Positions 26,353-32,000 of a stretch of DNA of 32,000 nt are shown here, one piece after another (the stretch's first letter is position 1; every line of letters starts with the position of its first letter). This DNA is from Candidatus Baldrarchaeum yapensis (GTDB lineage: Archaea; Asgardarchaeota; Baldrarchaeia; Baldrarchaeales; Baldrarchaeaceae). The translations under genes were made by a program, and so were the position numbers. The notes under the pieces are model-generated. The model was not told the DNA's origin. It searched no databases and saw only the letters and a list, made by a program, of their open reading frames with translations. The stretch covers positions 32,179 through 64,178 of the forward strand of contig JAEOSH010000001.1 of the NCBI GenBank assembly GCA_016840465.1, in the 5' to 3' direction.

Positions 26353-28770
26353 TTAACCAGCAATTTTTCTCTTCTTTCGCTTTTTCAACCACTCTGATAT
26401 TACTTTCTTCGTGCGCTCTATTTCCTCACGTGGTATCTTCTTTAGATATTCTACCATTTCACTAATTGCTTGGGCGAATTGTAAGCCTTCTGCAGCGCTG
26501 AACCAGGCCAGCCTCACTCTGTTTGTGTCCACTCCTAACTTTTCTAGTTGCTTTATGAGTCTCTCGTACCTCCGCTGAGCGTTTAGGTTTCCGGAAATAT
26601 AGTGGCAATCCCCAGGGTGGCAACCTGACCATAGAACCATACCTGCGCCCAATTCAAGAGCCCTGTATATGAATTCGGGCTTAACCCTTCCAGAGCACAT
26701 AACACGTATTATTCTCACATTGGGCGGATACTGTATTCTACTGACACCCGCAAAATCTGCGCCTGCATAACTGCACCAATTGCAACAAAACGCAATGATC
26801 TTTTCTTCTGGATTTTCCTCTAGCGCTGCCTCTATTTGTGCCATTATTTGCTCATCCGTGAACTTGTTCTGATCAAGTGCGCCTGTGGGACATTCGCCCA
26901 CACATGTACCACATCCCTTGCATGCTGCCAGTGTTATTGTTGGCGGAGTTTTTCGAAGTTCCTCTATCGTTATTGCGTTGAACGGGCAAACCTTCTGGCA
27001 CAATCCACATGATTTACACACTTCTGGATGTGCTAAGAAAGATGTTATCCCCTCTACTACCACCTGACCGCTAACAAGCAATCTTGCAGCTCTCGCAGCG
27101 GCCGCGCTTGCCTGCGTAACACTGTCTTTGATATCCTTCGGCCCCTCCGCACCACCACATATGAATATTCCATCGGTCGCTGTATCTACCGGTCTGAGTT
27201 TCGGATGTGCCTCGAGGAAGAAGCCACTCTCTCCTGTCTGAAGGGGAGTTACTTTTAGTAATTCCTTAGATCCCTCAGATGGCACCGCACCTACCGATAG
27301 TATCACGAGATCTGCTTCTATTGTCATTAATCTACCAGATAGCGTGTCTTCGAATGTTATTAGCAGGTTCTTTGTCTTCTTGTCCTCTCTTATTTCGCTG
27401 GGGTGCGCACGTATGAACCGAACACCAAACTCTCGCACCCTTCTATACAGTTCCTCAAATCCTTTCCCAAATGCTCTTATGTCCATGTATAACACTGTAA
27501 TCTCGGTGTCCGGCCAGTGCTCCTTTATTAAGAAGGCGCTTTTCAGTGTTTCCATGCAACAATAGTATGAGCAGTAAATCCTTCCCGTTCTCTTATCTCT
27601 CGTTCCAACACATTGTATGAAAACTACATGCTTTGGTCTCTTTCCATCGGAAGGTCTCACGAGTTCGCCACCAGTGGGTCCTGCTGCGTTAGTCAGTCTT
27701 TCGAACTCCATCGTTGTGATCACGTTTTCGTAGATACCATATCCCCATTCCTTCAGTTCCTCTTTACTAACGGTATCAAATCCAGTTGCTACAATTATGA
27801 CGCCGACCTTTAACTCCTTGATTTCGGGTTGCATGTTGAAATCTATAGCCTTAGGCTCGCAAACTTTCTCACAGAGCCGACATTTGATACAGTGATCCAT
27901 ATCAATGAGGTAAGAGGGAGGAATTGCCTGTGCGAATGGTATGTATATTGCTTTTCTTGGTGATAGCCCGACATCAAACTCGTTAGGAACTATTACCGGA
28001 CAAACGTTTGCGCACTCTCCACATGCAGTACACTTATCTTCGATTACGTATCTGGGCTTTTTCAGTACCTTTACGGTAAAGTTACCGACGTACCCACTTA
28101 TCTCCAGTATTTCCGAATATGCCAAAATTTCTACATTTGGATGGTGGTACACCTCAGCCATTTTTGGTGCAAGTATACATATTGAACAATCGAGCGTTGG
28201 AAACGTTTTATCAAGTTGGGCCATACGTCCTCCTATTGAGGGTGCGCGCTCAACCAGATATACTTTAAACCCCATATCCGCAAGATCTAATGCCGCCTGA
28301 ATTCCCGCAACTCCTCCTCCTATTACCAACGCCTTATTCTCCACCGGAACCACTATATCCTCTAATGGCTTTAACAAACGTGCTTTTGCAACTGCCATCT
28401 TAACGAGGTCCTTTGCCTTTTTTGTCGCCTTTTCGGGTTCCCAGAGATGGACCCATGAACAGTGCTCTCGTATGTTTGCTATTTCTAGTAAGTATTTGTT
28501 AAGGCCTGCCTTCTCAACACATCTTCTAAACGTTTCCTCGTGAAGGCGAGGGGTACAACATGCTATCACAACGCGATTCAAGTTATATTTCTTTATATCC
28601 TCTTGAATTTCTCTTTGTCCGACCTCACTGCACGTATATAAGAGATGTTTCGAGACAACAACCCCAGGAAGCGTTGATGCAAATTTTGCAACTTCTTCAC
28701 AGTCAATAATGCCTCCAATGTTTTTACCACAGTGACAAACATATACTCCTATTCGCACCTCATCGGACAT
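26353..28770 (-). CDS. HdrA-MvhD fusion (heterodisulfide reductase subunit A-like flavoprotein with C-terminal F420-non-reducing hydrogenase Fe-S subunit D domain)
   Basis: N-terminal VYVCHCGKNIGG, FAD motif ALVIGGGVAGIQAALDLADMG, CTACGECANVCP, CIKCRLCEKVC, CKSCGLCQKVCP, CKGCGTCVGECP, then AFCCNWCSYAGADFAGVSRIQYPPNVRIIRVMCSGRV...GCHPGDCHY. Start 28770 preceded by ggaaaggaggcaatggata (track start 28866). Confidence 0.95.
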   Translation of the reverse strand: MSDEVRIGVYVCHCGKNIGGIIDCEEVAKFASTLPGVVVSKHLLYTCSEVGQREIQEDIKKYNLNRVVIACCTPRLHEETFRRCVEKAGLNKYLLEIANIREHCSWVHLWEPEKATKKAKDLVKMAVAKARLLKPLEDIVVPVENKALVIGGGVAGIQAALDLADMGFKVYLVERAPSIGGRMAQLDKTFPTLDCSICILAPKMAEVYHHPNVEILAYSEILEISGYVGNFTVKVLKKPRYVIEDKCTACGECANVCPVIVPNEFDVGLSPRKAIYIPFAQAIPPSYLIDMDHCIKCRLCEKVCEPKAIDFNMQPEIKELKVGVIIVATGFDTVSKEELKEWGYGIYENVITTMEFERLTNAAGPTGGELVRPSDGKRPKHVVFIQCVGTRDKRTGRIYCSYYCCMETLKSAFLIKEHWPDTEITVLYMDIRAFGKGFEELYRRVREFGVRFIRAHPSEIREDKKTKNLLITFEDTLSGRLMTIEADLVILSVGAVPSEGSKELLKVTPLQTGESGFFLEAHPKLRPVDTATDGIFICGGAEGPKDIKDSVTQASAAAARAARLLVSGQVVVEGITSFLAHPEVCKSCGLCQKVCPFNAITIEELRKTPPTITLAACKGCGTCVGECPTGALDQNKFTDEQIMAQIEAALEENPEEKIIAFCCNWCSYAGADFAGVSRIQYPPNVRIIRVMCSGRVKPEFIYRALELGAGMVLWSGCHPGDCHYISGNLNAQRRYERLIKQLEKLGVDTNRVRLAWFSAAEGLQFAQAISEMVEYLKKIPREEIERTKKVISEWLKKRKKRKIAG

Positions 28771-28870
28771 TATCCATTGCCTCCTTTCCGGATTATTGTA
28801 ACTTGTAATTGTAAGATCAGCTTGCAGACTGCTCTGTTGTTGAGTAATACTGTTATTAAGCTTCACTTAC

Positions 28871-28938
28871 TCGTACTGATGATCTACTAAATTAATACAG
28901 GTAAAAGTTTTGTTTGTAATTCGTGATCATCAGTATGA
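28871..28938. repeat. Inverted repeat, 14-bp arms with one G-U/mismatch, 40-nt spacer
   Basis: TCGTACTGATGATC (28871-28884) and GATCATCAGTATGA (28925-28938); inner 11 bp perfectly complementary. Confidence 0.75.
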
Positions 28939-29080
28939 TTCGAGGTTTATGCTGATTGGACGATTTGTTATTCTGCTCATGTTGCAATTTCCTTATCCAC
29001 CCACAGCAGAAAGAGTAAGAATCACTTACGTAAAAAATTTAACTCGGATCATGATTAAATCATGTACATGGATATGATAT

Positions 29081-29154
<74 letters not shown>

Positions 29155-29158
29155 TTCT

Positions 29159-29947
29159 TCATTTTAGCGTTTTAAACCATTCTTTGATTTCGATCGGGCG
29201 AAAGGCTTTTAACACCACACCTGGAAGTTCATTTCCTATTTCTGCTATGATACCGGGCGCTGTTGTTCCCCTTTTGCATACAATTGCATGTTCTAGTAAT
29301 CCTAACCTTTCAATTCTTATTATGTCTCTTAAGTGGCCTGTTCTTATGATGGCCTTTCGTACCGTCTGGCGGGGAGCGCCGCACACGATCACTCTCTCTA
29401 ATCCACTTCTTACCCATCTTTTTATTGTCTTTAATTGATTTTCTGAAATTTCAGCTTCTATCTCCATGTTAACGTTATTTATGTCTACAATTTTTATTTC
29501 AACTGGCAAATTGTCTATTAGGGCGAACTTCTGTGAGATTTGTCTTAATGGAACCTTTGCAGAAGCAACAAGTTGCTTTCTAAGTTTATAAAGCGGAAGA
29601 AGTGCATCTTTTGGGACGGGTTTTACGACTCCTATGTCGACATAGATGCCGTAGCCGAACTCTTCCGAGTCTATTATTCGTCCTCTTAGAACATCTCCTT
29701 CGCTTATCTCATCAAACGACTTTATTGACTGATATTCCATTCTCAGATAATTTGCAGCAACTTCAGCGTCTTCCCCCTCTATAACTACTTTAACATAGTT
29801 TCTTTTATTATCTGCGATAGATACGTCAACAATCCTGGCGTCAAGAGACCCTATTTTTCTCTTAATAATATGTTTAAGGGATTGTATTGCCTGATCCCGA
29901 AACGGACCGTATATCTTCTCCAGTAGTATTACCTCGGTGCGTGCCAT
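29159..29947 (-). CDS. DUF2110 family archaeal protein
   Basis: EVILLEKIYGPFRDQAIQSLKHIIKRKIG...S1-like DVLRGRIIDSEEFGYGIYVDIG...CGAPRQTVRKAIIRTGHLRDIIRIERLGLLEHAIVCKRGTTAPGIIAEIG; adjacent to TFE. Confidence 0.8.
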   Translation of the reverse strand: MARTEVILLEKIYGPFRDQAIQSLKHIIKRKIGSLDARIVDVSIADNKRNYVKVVIEGEDAEVAANYLRMEYQSIKSFDEISEGDVLRGRIIDSEEFGYGIYVDIGVVKPVPKDALLPLYKLRKQLVASAKVPLRQISQKFALIDNLPVEIKIVDINNVNMEIEAEISENQLKTIKRWVRSGLERVIVCGAPRQTVRKAIIRTGHLRDIIRIERLGLLEHAIVCKRGTTAPGIIAEIGNELPGVVLKAFRPIEIKEWFKTLK

Positions 29948-30492
29948 GCCGCCGTACTCCTTACACTCTCCAAGTCCTTTTCTAACTTACTAATCATTAT
30001 TTCCAGAACCTTGATCATTTGAGAGTTATCGAAGGGTACAAGTGGTGACTTGCACACTGGACATTCAAAGTAGTTCTCCATGGCCTCTTCAAATTTGTAT
30101 CGTTTTAGATTGTGATTTGGACAGTAGTAATAATTCCCAGACCGCTCATATTCTAACCTTTCTTTTAACTTCTTAAGGACTTCACGTTTCCTCCTTATTA
30201 CGAGGTCCTTTATGTTCTCGAGGTTTATCCTCCAGAAGTATGTATACCATCCAGTTTCTTCATCCCGCACTCTCCTATAGATCGCAATATTGTAGTTATG
30301 AAGAAGGTATAGTATTTTTCTGACTTCATTTGCTTTCATCTTAAGCATTTGAACAAGTTCCTCGTCTGTTGCTTCTTTTTTCTTCAACAACGCAAGAACA
30401 ACGTCGAGAGCTGCTTTACCCCCGATGTCTAGGATGACCGCCGAGAGCAACGATAGAAGTTCTGGGTTAATATTGAGTTCTTCACTCGACAT
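29929..30492 (-). CDS. tfe: Transcription factor E (TFIIE-alpha homolog)
   Basis: Winged-helix N-terminus (ATDEELVQMLKMKANEVRKILYLLHNYNIAIYRRVRDEETGWYTYFWRINLENI) plus zinc ribbon YYCPNHNLKRYKFEEAMENYFECPVCKSPL; track start 30504, MSSEE start 30492 likely. Confidence 0.93.
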   Translation of the reverse strand: MSSEELNINPELLSLLSAVILDIGGKAALDVVLALLKKKEATDEELVQMLKMKANEVRKILYLLHNYNIAIYRRVRDEETGWYTYFWRINLENIKDLVIRRKREVLKKLKERLEYERSGNYYYCPNHNLKRYKFEEAMENYFECPVCKSPLVPFDNSQMIKVLEIMISKLEKDLESVRSTAAWHAPR

Positions 30493-30727
30493 TCTTGCAA
30501 GCACACTCGTTTTCTCTTTTCACCTTTAATTAATTATAAATAAAAATTGAAGTTAAAACTTATCCCATCAGGTGAAAGAGTCAGGCATCATAGTTAGCAT
30601 GTGATACGAATTTTCCATTTATAATTTTACGATTGAACTTTAGTTATCGGATAATAAAGAGTGCGATACCTTTATAGATACTCGTTACTCACTAAGGCAA
30701 GAGTCCCCGAAGAGGAGTTGAGAGAAA

Positions 30728-30955
30728 ATGCCTTATAAGATCGTACCACTATATTCGAAATGTATAGGATGCGGAGATTGTGTTACCGCTTGTCCGATAA
30801 ATGCAATAGGAAAAAGAACTGCACGTGCAGACATGGTTACGCTCAGGGTGAGAAATGGAAAGGTTGAAGTTGTTAATGAAGAATTGTGCGATGGTTGTGG
30901 CGTTTGTATAGAGGCATGCCCCACTAAGGCAATAAAGATAGAATTTGTCCAGTAA
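30728..30955 (+). CDS. 2x[4Fe-4S] ferredoxin
   Basis: CIGCGDCVTACPINAIGKR and CDGCGVCIEACPTKAIKI in 75 aa. Confidence 0.93.
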   Translation: MPYKIVPLYSKCIGCGDCVTACPINAIGKRTARADMVTLRVRNGKVEVVNEELCDGCGVCIEACPTKAIKIEFVQ

Positions 30956-30972
30956 GAAATGAGTAAAAAGTA

Positions 30973-31401
30973 TTATTGTTGGCTTGTACTTTCATCTGGG
31001 AAGAGCGGCCCCAATTTTATTATCTGTTCTGTGAATTCCTTCACTACTTGTGAAAATTTGAGTCCCTCTGAGGCCGATACCCATTCCAGCCTCAGTCTTT
31101 CGGGCTCTATCCCTATCGCCTTAAGTAGTTTTTTTAATTTCTTGATCCTTCTCTCAGCTATTAGATTTCCTTCAACGTAATGGCAATCTCCAGGATGACA
31201 TCCACATATTAGCACGCCGTCTGCGCCGTTTTCGAACGCTTTTAGCACGAAGATCGGGTCTACTCTTCCACTGCACATTACTCTAATTATTCTAATTGTG
31301 GGAGGATATTGGAATCGGCTAATCCCAGCCAAGTCCGCACCGCCATATCCACACCAATTACAACAAAAAGCTAAAATCCGTGGAAATTTCCAATTAGACA
31401 A
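30973..31401 (-). CDS. mvhD: MvhD-like hydrogenase Fe-S (delta) subunit, stand-alone
   Basis: ILAFCCNWCGYGGADLAGISRFQYPPTIRIIRVMCSGRVDPIFVLKAFENGADGVLICGCHPGDCHYVEGN; TTG start with ggggtgagg upstream, overlaps the HdrA stop by 8 nt. Confidence 0.92.
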   Translation of the reverse strand: MSNWKFPRILAFCCNWCGYGGADLAGISRFQYPPTIRIIRVMCSGRVDPIFVLKAFENGADGVLICGCHPGDCHYVEGNLIAERRIKKLKKLLKAIGIEPERLRLEWVSASEGLKFSQVVKEFTEQIIKLGPLFPDESTSQQ

Positions 31402-32000
31402 TTACCTCACCCCTTAGTGCTGTATTAACCATTGCAAGGATTTGTTCATTCGTGAAGTGACGCGGTATTATTGCGCCGACCGGGCATGCGGCCTCACATG
31501 CCCCACAGCCCATGCATAAGACGTTTACTACGTGTGCTTTTCTGATAGTTATCTCGAAGCCCTTCATTTTCTTCGTTATTGTCTTCATTTCGATAGCGCC
31601 AGCGGGACATACCGCGGCACATCTACCACATCCAATACATTTGTCTTCGTCAACAACAGATGTTATACCTTCCACAATAACGTATCCTCTTGATAGCAAT
31701 ATTCCTGCTTTTGCAGCCGCACCAAGTCCTTGCGCTATGGCCTCATCAGCGCTCTTTGGATAGTGTATTGCGCCACAGAGGTATATTCCTTCACTCATGA
31801 ACTCCAATGGCCTGAGTTTCGGATGTGCCTCGAGGAAGAAGCCATTCGCATCTCTAGGGACTTTAAGCATTTGAGCCAGTTCGAAGGCGTCTTCTTCTGG
31901 CACTATTGGCGTGGACAAACATACCCTGTCGGCTGGGATTTCGATATATTCTCTTAATAGTGAGTCGTATACGCGCACCTTTAGCTTTCCGTTGAACTTT
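31394..32000 (-). CDS. HdrA-like protein, C-terminal part; 5' end off the right edge
   Basis: Frame stays open from GTG 31978 to base 32000 (...KFNGKLKVRVYDSLLREYIEIPADRV). NGFFLEAHPKLRPLEF...GIYLCGAIHYPKSADEAIAQGLGAAAKAGILL, CIGCGRCAAVCP, CMGCGACEAACP match the HdrA C-terminus. Confidence 0.9.
   Translation of the reverse strand, partial: KFNGKLKVRVYDSLLREYIEIPADRVCLSTPIVPEEDAFELAQMLKVPRDANGFFLEAHPKLRPLEFMSEGIYLCGAIHYPKSADEAIAQGLGAAAKAGILLSRGYVIVEGITSVVDEDKCIGCGRCAAVCPAGAIEMKTITKKMKGFEITIRKAHVVNVLCMGCGACEAACPVGAIIPRHFTNEQILAMVNTALRGEVIV

Noticed and set aside
26353-28866. N-terminal 32 extra residues (MKLNNSITQQQSSLQADLTITSYNNPERRQWI) of HdrA-MvhD
   Set aside because: Strong RBS (ggaaaggagg) precedes the internal ATG at 28770, where the conserved HdrA sequence starts; the extension is most likely non-coding leader.
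31394-31401. Frameshift splitting an HdrA-MvhD fusion
   Set aside because: The downstream MvhD has its own start (TTG) and ribosome-binding sequence, and both proteins have natural-looking termini, so two genes are more likely. Not completely excluded.

Overview
Archaeal chromosomal window: GGGP synthase, TFE, RqcH and a tRNA-Val with no encoded CCA. It is dominated by C1 (archaeal Wood-Ljungdahl) metabolism. The minus strand 3403-11550 is a very tight putative nine-gene operon. It carries tetrahydromethanopterin (H4MPT) biosynthesis genes (mptA, MJ0107-like DHPS-related protein, DmrX-like flavoprotein, beta-RFAP synthase) interleaved with DUF447, DUF1464 and two tandem paralogous nucleotidyltransferases. 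A minus-strand acetyl-CoA decarbonylase/synthase operon follows (cdhA-B-C-D-E, 21062 to 13773) with a DUF166 gene downstream. Next come ftr and a divergent mtd, a polyferredoxin, a partial Fwd cluster (ferredoxin-fwdD-fwdB), an HdrA-MvhD fusion, tRNA-Val(CAC), DUF2110, TFE, a ferredoxin, and a split MvhD/HdrA pair running off the right edge. The supplied ORF track does not list the edge-truncated rqcH gene (minus strand, 1-894), which I translated by hand. No CRISPR array, transposon, Mcr/Mtr or hydrogenase large-subunit gene is visible. The best candidates for new biology are the uncharacterised genes embedded in the H4MPT operon, the duplicated HdrA-MvhD modules without visible HdrBC or hydrogenase partners, and the CooT-like/RAM small-protein pair.
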